DNA of 64,000 nucleotides, from IMG/VR virus record IMGVR_UViG_3300024999_001421; one strand, given 5' to 3'. Numbering within the stretch: position 1 is the stretch's first letter; each line of letters opens with the position of its first letter. Of the stretch, positions 30,970-42,200 are shown one piece after another. The DNA comes from a virus. The position numbers and the translations under genes are program-made. The notes beneath the pieces are model-generated. The model saw only the letters and a list, made by a program, of their open reading frames with translations. It did not search any database and was not told the DNA's origin.

Positions 30970-32484
30970 ATGTCCTTCACATTAGCAGATTGCAGGATAA
31001 TTGCCGATGCGCTAATAAGCGAAACGATAGATGATAACGGTCTATACGTATGGGGTAAAGAATGTCTGCAAGACAATATTCCTTCTCAGTTATGGCAAGA
31101 AAATTCAAAAGAATATAAATCAACAGTCGCAAAGAGGTCATATAACCTGCCGAGCGACTTTTTTAGTTTAGTCAGTCTATTAACTACCATTGGATCGCCG
31201 ACAGGACTAACAGTAACTCCGACCGGAACTACCGGAACCACTACATATAAATACCAAGTTACGGCAGTTACTGACTCAGGAGAAACCATACCATGTAGCG
31301 AGGTTACGTCAACTTCTGGCAATGCTACGTTGTCTGAAACTAACTACAACGCCCTATCTTGGACTGAGGTTGAAGATGCCGCAAGTTATAACGTCTATCG
31401 CACCTATGGAGGCAATACAACGGGGTTAATTGGGACAACTACCGAAACTACCTTTGACGATACAGGACTTGCGGGTGACTCTGAAAACGTTCCTACGGAG
31501 GACACTACGGGTAGTGCTTATAATTATTATTCTATCCGCAATAGAAAAATTTCCTTCACTTATGCCGACAACTACGCTCTTACATATGTCGCTTATCCTA
31601 CAATTTCCAGTATATATGATAATGTCCCGCTTCCCGATGCTTGCGAGTACCCAATAGCAAAATTTATTGCTTCCAGGTTTGTTATTAGTGGAAGTTCAGA
31701 AATAAGCGACGATTCCAAGGATAGAATTAATGATGCTCTGAGATGGATGGCTGAATTTAAAGAATCTATCAATAAACTTATCAATGAAATGGATATTGAT
31801 GGTGCGGCATTGCAAGTAAAATTAGCATGGTAATGGGGTGATAAAATGTTAGTTTCTGATATTATTCGCAAGGCAGAACTGCAAGCCGATGAATCTTACG
31901 AAACTTCGGACTGGATAGATTTTATTAACGCTGGATTAGACGATATGACACCGGTAATAAAGTTACTAAAATCTAAAAGCGGTGTTGCTGTAACGATATC
32001 TAGCGGCAATGGAAGCGTAACAATTTCGAGTGATGCTGATTTAGCGAAAGCACATGAGTTCATTAATGTGTTTTTCACGCCTACTGCCGGCGTGCAGGAG
32101 CAGTTAAAGTTACTTCCCTACAAAGATAATTATTCCAGGGGATGGAAATTAACTTCAGCTACTATCGACTATCAGAATTGCGGAAGTTCTTCCGGTACTT
32201 CAAAGATTGACTATTATCAAAAACTACAGCATGTTTCACTGTTGACTGATGATCTGGCAACTGTCGCTGGACTTCCGGAACAGTATCACGAACTTGTTGT
32301 ATTATTCTGTGTTGCCCGTAGTCAGGCTAAAGAGGAAGAGTTGGAAGATAAAAATAATGTGTATAATGAATATCTAGGAAAAAAGAATCATATGGCTATC
32401 GACAGAATATGGGTAATGGAGCCACAACACAGAAAATACATCAAGAAGGCCAGGATAGAAGCTATGATTAATGGAGCATCTTAA
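30970..32484 (+). CDS. Two head-tail adaptor-like proteins (30970-31833 with an FN3-like insert; 31846-32484)
   Basis: Y.LPSDF; FINAGLDD; LPEQYHE; Y.VTAV...GET. Confidence 0.7.
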
Positions 32485-33311
32485 TGAAATATAGAATAAA
32501 TAGTGACTATTTTAAATCTTGGTCACCTAGTATGGCTTATGTATTGGGTTTTATTTATGGAGATGGTTGCATTACGAAGGGTGGAAGAAAATCTTATTCT
32601 CTAAAAATAAGTTCAATTGATCATGATATTTTGATTTCCATAAAGAATGAATTAGAAGCTGAGCGTCCCATTTATAAGCATAAAAATAAAAATCTTTATC
32701 AATTATCTATCGGTTCAAAAATCATATATCAAGATTTGCTAAACTTGGGAATTGAAGAACGCAAACAGTTCAGAGATGACGCACCAGTAGTAAATATTGT
32801 ACCTAATGAATATTTTTCACATTTTATTAGAGGATTTATAGACTCCGATGGATGTATTAGTGTGTCTAAAAGAAGTGGCACATTAAGAATATCAATTACC
32901 GGTAAAGAAAAAGTTTTAAAGTCGGTTGGTAATAGACTGATTAATCTAGGAATTGTTGATAAATTTAGAATAAGAATTTTATCACCTTGTAAGTACACCG
33001 TTAGGAATGATAATGCCTCTATAGAATTTGATATCATTAACTGCTTCAAACTCGGTGATTGTATTTATAATGATGCCAATATATTTCTATTAAGAAAAAA
33101 AGATATATATGACAATGCAAGAAAATATGTTAAATGTAAAAAATGGACAGATAATGAGAAAGATCAAGTTGTTATTTTGCGTGGCAACGGAATGACATTT
33201 AAAAATATTGCCAAATTTTTAGGACATGGATGTCGTAGGCAAACAGCAGAAATATATAAGGAAATGCTGAAAAGGCAGGTAACGGCTAATGGGCGAGAAA
33301 ATCCCTATTGA
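32484..33311 (+). CDS. Free-standing LAGLIDADG homing endonuclease
   Basis: YVLGFIYGDG and FIRGFIDSDG; AT-rich. Confidence 0.9.
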   Translation: MKYRINSDYFKSWSPSMAYVLGFIYGDGCITKGGRKSYSLKISSIDHDILISIKNELEAERPIYKHKNKNLYQLSIGSKIIYQDLLNLGIEERKQFRDDAPVVNIVPNEYFSHFIRGFIDSDGCISVSKRSGTLRISITGKEKVLKSVGNRLINLGIVDKFRIRILSPCKYTVRNDNASIEFDIINCFKLGDCIYNDANIFLLRKKDIYDNARKYVKCKKWTDNEKDQVVILRGNGMTFKNIAKFLGHGCRRQTAEIYKEMLKRQVTANGRENPY

Positions 33312-34689
33312 AATAAAAAGTTTTGGCGGAATAAATACACTACCTTCCCGGCAGATAGGGCAATCTTCCGCCGGGAAGAATTTTTATACCGTTGGCGGTG
33401 TTTTTAAAACACGTCCTGGACTGATTGCTGCCCCCGGCATAAATGCACTCACGAAAGAAATTAGATCCCTGCACTTCGCCAAAACTGGTACGTCGGGTGA
33501 AAGGTTTCTGGCAGAGACTGTAGACGGATTGTATTATTATGGAAGTGGGTGGGAATTAAAAAGTTCAGAGTATGCCCACAACTACGGGTTTTCCTCCGCT
33601 ATTTGGAGAGATGAAATAGTTCTCGCCGGAGGTAATCAAATGAATCTATACGGCATAACTACCCCAGCCATAACAGCGTCATTTACGGCGGGCACTGAGG
33701 GGGAAAATGCTAGGGGTGAGGGAGTTTGTGTATTCAAGGGACGTGCGTTTTTATTTGGCCCTAATTACACACACCATGAAATTCGCTTTAATGGCTATAC
33801 CTACGTATGGGACGATGAAGCACAGGAGTACACAGAGGAAATTGAAGATGTGAGTATACTGGTTTGGCCTGAAAAGTTCAAAATACCGGCCAGTGATGGT
33901 GGAGATGTATTATCCGTTATTCCTGTCGGATCTAGTGTATTCATCTTGACCGATATGGGTTATTGGCATTTATACGGCAATAATGAAGATGATTTTGAAA
34001 TTATCCGCGAGGGAAATGTGGGTTGCTATAACCTAAATCTCGGCCAGTTAGTTGGAGATGTGATATGTTGGCTAGGTAAAGATAAAAAAGTTTATATCTA
34101 TACCGGTAGTACAGCAGAACATATTAGCTTGCCTGTAGATAAGTTTCTATCAGCGCAAACATTCAACGGCACTGTACGTTGTTACAGTTTTGGCAACCAA
34201 TTCTGGATTGTTTTTAGGGGCGCAACAACCAAGGCGTATATTTTCGATACCCACGAAAAAGAGTGGTATATTTACGAATTTCCCGTGAATATTTCTGCCG
34301 CTTGTATGCGGAATGGGATAATTCATTTTGGCACTTCTACCGGAGCTATTTTACAGCTTAAAGACAGTGTAAACGATGTCGGAACAGCTATAACAACTGA
34401 ATCTACACTGGGTCCGATAAATATGCAGGGTAGAAAAATCAAGGTTAAAAATTTTCACATCAACGCAAAACCAGCAAGTTACTTCGATTTGGACATATCT
34501 TCTATTGTTGATGATTATGATGAATCAGACTCTAAGGTTTGTAGTTTTAATGAGGGACCAGAATCAACTCAGACCGTAAAAGTAAATAGTCGGAAAGGTT
34601 TTGATGTTTCTGTAAAAATATCAAGTACGGATATCATTAACGAAATGACCGGAGGAACTATTATGGTCACTGCCGGGCAACTAAAGTAA
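33289..34689 (+). CDS. Tail nozzle/stabilisation protein (P22 gp10 / T7 gp12-like)
   Basis: SFGGIN...N...G..KTRPG; beta-propeller-like pattern. Confidence 0.75.
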   Translation: MGEKIPIEIKSFGGINTLPSRQIGQSSAGKNFYTVGGVFKTRPGLIAAPGINALTKEIRSLHFAKTGTSGERFLAETVDGLYYYGSGWELKSSEYAHNYGFSSAIWRDEIVLAGGNQMNLYGITTPAITASFTAGTEGENARGEGVCVFKGRAFLFGPNYTHHEIRFNGYTYVWDDEAQEYTEEIEDVSILVWPEKFKIPASDGGDVLSVIPVGSSVFILTDMGYWHLYGNNEDDFEIIREGNVGCYNLNLGQLVGDVICWLGKDKKVYIYTGSTAEHISLPVDKFLSAQTFNGTVRCYSFGNQFWIVFRGATTKAYIFDTHEKEWYIYEFPVNISAACMRNGIIHFGTSTGAILQLKDSVNDVGTAITTESTLGPINMQGRKIKVKNFHINAKPASYFDLDISSIVDDYDESDSKVCSFNEGPESTQTVKVNSRKGFDVSVKISSTDIINEMTGGTIMVTAGQLK

Positions 34690-34705
34690 AAGGAGTTGAT
34701 TTAAG

Positions 34706-36987
34706 TTGGCAGATATTCATGTTTATAAAGGCACAGTAACATCGGGAGGTACGAACGGAACGCTGGTATCTGAGGGAGGGGCACAGACAGCGCCAATCAC
34801 AGTAGGTCCGTTAAATGCCACGGATAATGAGGTATCTACTGATCAAAAACTAGCCGTTCGCTGCGACACTGGGTATGTTACGTCTGGAGATACAACAATC
34901 ACTCCAACCGGCACGACTGCCGCGAAGTGGGCGTTGGCACCGGATAATGCAGGAGTGGCAGGTACTTACGGGGCATACGGTGCCGCCCTTACCGTTAGTA
35001 GCGTTATAGATGCCACTAATACTATTTTTTGGGCTAAAGCTAAAGCAACCTCTGATGAAAGTCCGGTAAATGATGTAAGTGTGAGTTTACAAGTTTCTGC
35101 ATTAATAGCGGCGGTATAAGGTGGTGCTGAATTGGCACTTTTAAAATTCAAGGACAAGCATATTGCACAGTCTGTTACACAGGTAAGTACGACGGAAACA
35201 ACGCTACAGGATGATACTCAGGCAACGCAGGAATTTACATTAACCGCCAACCAAACTGTATTAGTGGCGTATCAGGCTAATAGCGATTATGGCGTTGCTA
35301 TGCCATATACGGGCATGAAAAACGCTATCAATATTGACGGTACTGACCGTGCTTTAAGTGCTGATAGTGGCTATGACGTTAATTATCCGATACGAAACTG
35401 CTCTTTTTGGGTGGGGACTCTTGGTGCGGGATCGCATACTATTAAGGGACGATTTTGTAGCAATACTGGTACAGGAACTGTTGCAATCAGTAACCGAATT
35501 TTACTTATCTATGTTTTTGATGGGGACGAGTTCCAGTACATAGATAGTTCAACGGCTAATACTACGACATCCACATCTTTCATAGACGATGCTAACGCAC
35601 AAGCAACATTTACACCATCAGCAACATGCCAGGCATTATATCTGTATAATGTCTCAAATGCCAACGGAGTTACTGAGTCAAGTGTAGGAAAAAAAGTCTC
35701 AATAGGTATAAATGGGACAGATTATGGTCAGGTTGAGCAGTCGCCAAATGGAGATAGTAAAGCTGACTCAGTATTTATAGCTTATGCTGGCTCGTTAAAC
35801 GCAGTAAGCACAACCGTAAAGGGTAGATTTGCGGCAAACGAAGCATACACTGTCACGGTTTCAAACAGACAATTAGGTGTGCTTTGCCTAGATAATTCCA
35901 CATTATTAGATATCGTAGATTCCGCAACTCAGGTAAGTACAACGGAAACAGCGTTACGGGATGATACTCAGGCAACGATAAATCGAACTACAGGCGATAG
36001 AGAATTGCTAGTATTCGCCGTAGGAACAAAAAAGAATAATACTACATCGAGCAGTAAGGGCGAGTGTTACGGGATAAGTATTAACTCCAATGACCGTCAA
36101 ATTTCCAGAAGTTGCCCGTCAAGTTCATTTCGCGCCACCAGTGCGGCAACCTGTTGGGCAGAAACCGTTAGCGCAGGCAGTCAGGTAGTCCAGGGTAGAT
36201 TATCCAGCAACCTAACTGCTAATACGGCCATAATAGACGCTCGTATTGTTGTGGCATTGTGGCTTTCTCTCGATGCAGGTTCATCACAAACTATAAACAC
36301 AGATTTAGTACGGCAGGTTGTCGTGACTGAAACTGTCGATACTGACACGCTCAGAGAAATTACTAATAGTCAGACGATCCTTACTGACACATTAAGGCAG
36401 GTAGTGGCATTCGAGTCGCAAATCATTAGTGCCGATGTTTTGCGTCAAGTCGTAAAAGATGAGGTAGTTAATACAGATACTAAGCGTCTGGTATCTGTAA
36501 GTGAGGAAATAACCATCGATACAGTAAGGTATGTACTAATTGAAATCATAGAAAATTTACTATTTTATTGTAAAGTAACCGATAAAATAACTTGTGCATT
36601 GTCTATCAACAACAATATGAGTATCGGGTTAGATATTGTCGATGTGATAAATTTATCTAGTAAGGTGGGTAGACTGATATGACGTATACCATCAAGCAAA
36701 ATGATATAGGCACGCAGTTAACTTTCAACATAACTGACTCACAAGGACTTTCGTTAGACCTAACGGGATCAACTATAGTATGCACTATTTCTGGTGGTGA
36801 TATTCAAACAGAAATAACTAAGGCGTGTATCATAGATGATGCTAGCGCAGGAACATGTTATTGTGTATTAAGTTCTGATGATACGGCAATTGCTGGTAGT
36901 TATGCTGTAGAGGTGAATATAGATTACGGCGGTAGCAGTTTTACTACCGTAGACAAAGTAAGATTAAAAATATTAAGTGTTTTGTAG
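34706..36987 (+). CDS. Tail proteins: 34706-35119; 35132-36682 (internal repeats); 36679-36987 (BppU N-terminal-like)
   Basis: QVSTTET..DDTQAT duplicate; TDTLRQV repeats; IKQND...DLTGST...G.C.Y. Confidence 0.65.
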
Positions 36988-36997
36988 GTGATTTTTA

Positions 36998-38290
36998 ATG
37001 CCAGCCGGAGCCATAACCTTCACTGGGACAGTAACCAACATAGAAACAGACCTTCCAATAGGAGGAGTAGTCTGTGAAGTTGATATTATAGAGTACGAAG
37101 ATGGAAGTATACCACACTATCACACCTTGACAGCTACAACAGATATTAATGGCGTATATACTTGTAGTTTTTTGTGTGAGTATACCGATATAAACCCTAG
37201 TATAGTAATTGAATATATAAGGTTTAGTGCAGATTGGTATTTCCCGGAAGATATATATATCAATACAGGAATTTCCTGGACTACTACATACACATACACT
37301 AGAGATGCGGCCCTATATGCCGGAGGTACGATTGGCGGTAGGGTGGTAGATGAAACAGGGCAACCACTAACTACAGGTATTGCAAGCGTAGAATCAAATA
37401 GGGATGAAGAAGAATTCTACGCTAAAGGAGAAATTGACGGGGATGGTTATTACGACAGTAGACTATCTAATGAATACGATAAATTAGCTGTTAGTGGTAT
37501 CGGAACAGCTAATGTCTATTCAGCTTATACTCAACATACTCCGGTGGAAGTTAGTATAACACCTTTTCAGCATAACATTATTAACCTTCACGTTAAAGTT
37601 CATGGAAATGTTTCTGGTGTTGTTGTAGATAATAATGGAAAGACACTAGAAGGGGTTAAGTTAACTTTTCTTGTGGAGTATATGCCGGAAGATGTAGAAG
37701 TATACGTTCCAAATCCAATATACACTAATTCTAGCGGTGAGTGGTCTGCCGAGGGACTCCGTTTCGGTATTACCTATATAGTGGGAGCATCACTAGAAGG
37801 ATACGCATTTAGCGAACCATATTCACACGGTAGCGAGGTTCATTACTACGAAAAACCATTTCCCACGAACTTAGATCCGTCTATATTGATAGCTAGTTTT
37901 GGCGTTACGGATGATAGTATTGATTTTGTCGGAACATTAATACCTATCGCAGAAAAAAGAAAACCCATATTTTTAAAAACGGTAAACCAGTTAACCGATA
38001 GAAATTTAATGATAATAGCCGATCCGTATAACTACAATTTTAAAACACTTAGCATGTTCTGGACTAAAACATCCGGAGTTATAAACTTTAAAAAGCCAAT
38101 AGCTGTCGGTCAGGTAAATATCGGAGAATTAGAGAAAATAGTTAACGCCTATAACAGTAACTTTAGAAATATATCCTCGCAGATAAATATTAGCTTTAAA
38201 TATCCAGATGCTTCTAGTATTCAAGGTGTCGTTAATGCTTATAATGATAACTTCCGAAACTTAGAGGCATACCTAAATAAAAAGAGGTGA
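36998..38290 (+). CDS. Carboxypeptidase-regulatory/Ig-like repeat tail protein
   Basis: ITFTGTVT, IGGRVVDETGQPL, VSGVVVDNNGKTL. Confidence 0.65.
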   Translation: MPAGAITFTGTVTNIETDLPIGGVVCEVDIIEYEDGSIPHYHTLTATTDINGVYTCSFLCEYTDINPSIVIEYIRFSADWYFPEDIYINTGISWTTTYTYTRDAALYAGGTIGGRVVDETGQPLTTGIASVESNRDEEEFYAKGEIDGDGYYDSRLSNEYDKLAVSGIGTANVYSAYTQHTPVEVSITPFQHNIINLHVKVHGNVSGVVVDNNGKTLEGVKLTFLVEYMPEDVEVYVPNPIYTNSSGEWSAEGLRFGITYIVGASLEGYAFSEPYSHGSEVHYYEKPFPTNLDPSILIASFGVTDDSIDFVGTLIPIAEKRKPIFLKTVNQLTDRNLMIIADPYNYNFKTLSMFWTKTSGVINFKKPIAVGQVNIGELEKIVNAYNSNFRNISSQINISFKYPDASSIQGVVNAYNDNFRNLEAYLNKKR

Positions 38291-39222
38291 TCGTGTTGGC
38301 TTACACTAAACCTACGGGAGATCAAGGAAACTACAATTTCCTGCAAGGTGCTTTAAATAATCCCAATTACAAACCTAAAAACTATTACGATTGGCAATAT
38401 ATAGTTAATCAGCAAGTGGCAAATCCTAATTACAGAAATATGTATACCGGCTTGGCCCAGGCGAGGGATGCGGCAGGAGATAGAGAGAGGGCATCTTACC
38501 AGGATTCAAAAGGAACGCTTACAGCTAACCGGACAAGTGATATTAACTCGGCCGTGAAACGATCTATTGCCGCAGGACTTGGCGGGGCAGGGGAAGGATC
38601 GGGCATAGGCGGGTATCGCTCACAGGAGATAACGGACAACTATCAGCCTTCGTTTGACAGTTTAAAGCGTAGGCACAGCGATAATATTGCCGACATAAAT
38701 ACTAATTATCGCAGTGGTGTTGCAAAGATTGATGCCAAAAAAGAAGATAGGGGCCTAAAGGTAGCAACAGAAGCTACGAAGATGATGCAAGCTGACACTA
38801 AGGGGTTTCGTGATTGGCAAAACTCATTGTCCAACACATTGCAGAAATACGGTTCAGAGCAGGCCGATTTATCTTATAAACAGCAGCAGGACGCTTATAA
38901 GAGACAACAGGACGAGTTTTCTAATAACTTAGCATTGCAGAAGTTTTCCTGGGACAAGGAGCAGTCCATGTTGCCGTATCAATATCCCTCTGCGAACTCG
39001 CTATTGCCGTACAATATGGGACCTACGCCTTATCAGCAGGCGCAGTTTAGTAAAAGCGGTGGCAATGACAAGTCTACTGCTTATGCTGCTGCTTATCAGG
39101 CTATATTGTCAAATCCTGCTGTTATTAGCGATCCTGATTTTATACAGTCGTTTTTAGCCGCCGGACTAACCCCGAGCGATTACCAGGCGTTGCTAGGCAT
39201 GACTAAAGACGAAGGTAGTTAA
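38287..39222 (+). CDS. Probable ejection/internal virion protein
   Basis: Gln/Ala-rich helical protein in podovirus position. Confidence 0.6.
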   Translation: MIVLAYTKPTGDQGNYNFLQGALNNPNYKPKNYYDWQYIVNQQVANPNYRNMYTGLAQARDAAGDRERASYQDSKGTLTANRTSDINSAVKRSIAAGLGGAGEGSGIGGYRSQEITDNYQPSFDSLKRRHSDNIADINTNYRSGVAKIDAKKEDRGLKVATEATKMMQADTKGFRDWQNSLSNTLQKYGSEQADLSYKQQQDAYKRQQDEFSNNLALQKFSWDKEQSMLPYQYPSANSLLPYNMGPTPYQQAQFSKSGGNDKSTAYAAAYQAILSNPAVISDPDFIQSFLAAGLTPSDYQALLGMTKDEGS

Positions 39223-39248
39223 AAAGATGGCGATTAATATTAAGGCAG

Positions 39249-42200
39249 GTGGTAATGTTGGCTTACGATTTATACAAAGGACCATACGGTAACTTTAATC
39301 CGTATAACCAAAGCAGAGATACTTCCAGGGAAGATGCCATCAGAAGGTTGCTCAGTTTTTCGAGCAACCAACCTTCTGTTTCTGGAAGCAGTTTTAACGA
39401 CTTGGTTGAAACTGACTTACAAGAACAGTACAGAAACATCTATGGCGATAATGTACCTCAAAATACAACCTTGAAAATTCCGCAGATAACCGATAATCCT
39501 AATTATCCCGCGCTAGATCTTTATAGTCCAGAGATTCCTGTGCGTGAAGAATTGCCTAAACTCCCCTCGCAGTTTAAGGGAGACATGCTACTCAACTACA
39601 AGTCACCCTCTATACCGGTACCGAAAAGCAGATCATATCTTGATGCTATAAAAGATTGGTCCGACAGGGCATCAATGGCGGCAGGAGAAATAATAACCGG
39701 AATAGATAGACCAGATAAACCTCAAATTGGAGACTTTGAAGTTATTAGTCGCGGACTTATGAGCGATAAAGATAAACTACCGGATAATATTAAGATAAAT
39801 TTACCGGAAAGTTATACTTCTGACAGACCAGTAAATCTAAACTCTGCTGACCTCGCCGGGGGACTTGCAGGTTTTCTGGCAGGCGGGGAATTTAATGTCG
39901 GCTCAAAAGTATTTCAGGGTGCGGAAAATGCCATAGGACAAGCGTTGGCCAAATTGGGTGCCAAGTCCCCTAAAGTGGCTAATATTCCAAATATTACGCA
40001 GAGCGCTATTAAGGTTGGTGGAGCGACTGCTCCTTATGAATATTCTAGATCTATAGCAAATGACAGAGAATTTGATACTGGGGAAGCAGCGCAGGCAGGG
40101 GCGACTAATGCCGCACTTGGTGTAATATTAGGTCGTTTAGGAAGTGCGTTAGGCAGGGATAGAACTCCTGCACCTGCACCTACTGAATTTAGGATGCCTG
40201 AGTATAAAGCACCCGATATGTCTAACTTTACACCGGAGGAACTGGCTAACATTAGAAGTAGGTCAATGCCTGGGGAGATGATAACTCCTGAGACAGTCAC
40301 CACTAAAGAGGTAGCGGCGGCGCAGCGCACTTTAAGGAATACGCCGAATATTGGAAAGGCCAATAAGATATTGGATGAATTCCCGGAACTCGAAAAAGAA
40401 TTTCCGCACTTTAGACTACAGCAAGGCGATACGGTTATTCTTCCAAGCGGGAAAGAAGCAACCGTTAAAAACGCAGACAAGATGATTATTCAAGTTGACG
40501 TTGACGGTAAAACTGCTAGTATTGGCCGTAAAGTTGTTAAGGTGCCGGAAGTTAAGGTAGATGTACCGGAGGTTGTGGGTGATGCAATACCAGAAGTTCC
40601 GGAGATTGCAACTTCTGAGATTAAGCAACAACCCATCGTTAACGATGTGCCGACACCTAACAATAGAAGCGGTGCCGAGGCTTTTGCTGACGAAAGTATA
40701 CCTGACGTATCAGTTAAGCAGGAACCCATTGTCGCGCAGGAAGCATTGCCGCAATCCGCAAGTGAGTTAGTACCTCCCGAAGTATTGAAGGATTATCCTG
40801 AGTTATCCACAGAAGTAGGCAGTAAACCTACATCGGGAACTAAGGATATGGCCGAGGATGTGGGGTTAAAACCGGAGAAAGCGGAAACCTATGACGAGGG
40901 AACTATCGGTGCGGCAAAGCTAACCGTACCGGAAAAGCAATCAACTCTCCCCGGCACTGATGAAAAGGTTAGATCATTTCAGGTAACCGGCATTAAGTCA
41001 CCCGTCACTGATGATTTGACCAAAGCAGGTCTATTGGTAGATATTTACAGAACTGGCCCTGGCGCATATCGACCAGTATCCAACCTCGAAACCGAGGCAG
41101 TGGCTAGAAAATTCATCGAGGACAACGGTATTGATGCCGCCATTAATCGTGTCATGGATAAAACAGAAACATCGGCAGAGCAGGTTGCGCTTGGCGGTCA
41201 ACTTACCTATTCCTTGCAAAAACTGGGTAAGCACGAAGAAGCATTGAATATGCTGGAAAGTTTAGCTGAGCAATTAACTTCTGCCGGCCAGAAAATACAG
41301 GCAGTAAAGATATTTCAGAACCTATCTCCGGAAGGAGTTTTGATTAAGGCAAACAAAGAAACCAAAAAGGCGTTCAACGAGTTACCAAAGCAGACTAAAG
41401 ATAAGCACGATGATTTAAGCGGTAAACTACAGGATGAATTCAACGGCATCGACAAAGAGGCAATTGACCAAGTAGTTAACGAAACACCTGAGTTGGGCGG
41501 CAACAAGCCAAAACCCAAGCAGGGTAAACCTGGTTCAGAGAAGCAAACTGACCCGGCAAATATGCTGGCACAAAAGATAGTTAGCTATACAAAACCTATG
41601 ATGCCTGTCAGTAGATTGACACCGGAAATGCAGATGGTAAAAACACTATTCTCTAAAGCCAGGGAAGTTTTGCCGATAGAGAAAGCAAAGTTACCTAAGC
41701 AGAACGCATTAGATGAAGTAGTTACCGCACTACAACAAAGCGACAACTATCGCAAAACCTGGGAAGATGCCAAGCAATCTATCATAGAACAAAACGGTGA
41801 ACTTCCGCAGGTTATGAAAGATGTTGAAGCGTATATCGAGCATTATCTGAATGTGCCGTATTCTGAGCGTTCACTTGAAAGAATCGTAACCGAAAAAATG
41901 AAGGATAAAAACTTTGATTTAGAACAGTCTGCCTTCGGTCCAATGTCACCGAATTTCCGAGGGACTAAGTTGGAGAATACCGCATTTATTCAATCTATTG
42001 TTAAGGACAGCGGATTAACCGGAAAGAACGCAGAAGTATTGTCCCTAGAACTGGGAAGTAAGCTAGATGAAGCGTTAACGAAAAAACGTAACGATAAGAC
42101 TTCCGATCTAGCCAAAAGAATTATTAAGATGGCAACCGAGAACCCAAAAGATGCTGAGACTAACCCGGTCAAAGAAATGTTTAACATTCTGATGCAGAAG

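Noticed and set aside
35180-35980. ~48-bp near-duplicate in a tail gene as a DGR template/variable repeat pair
   Set aside because: Mismatches are not confined to adenines of one copy, both copies are in-frame protein repeats, and no reverse transcriptase is present
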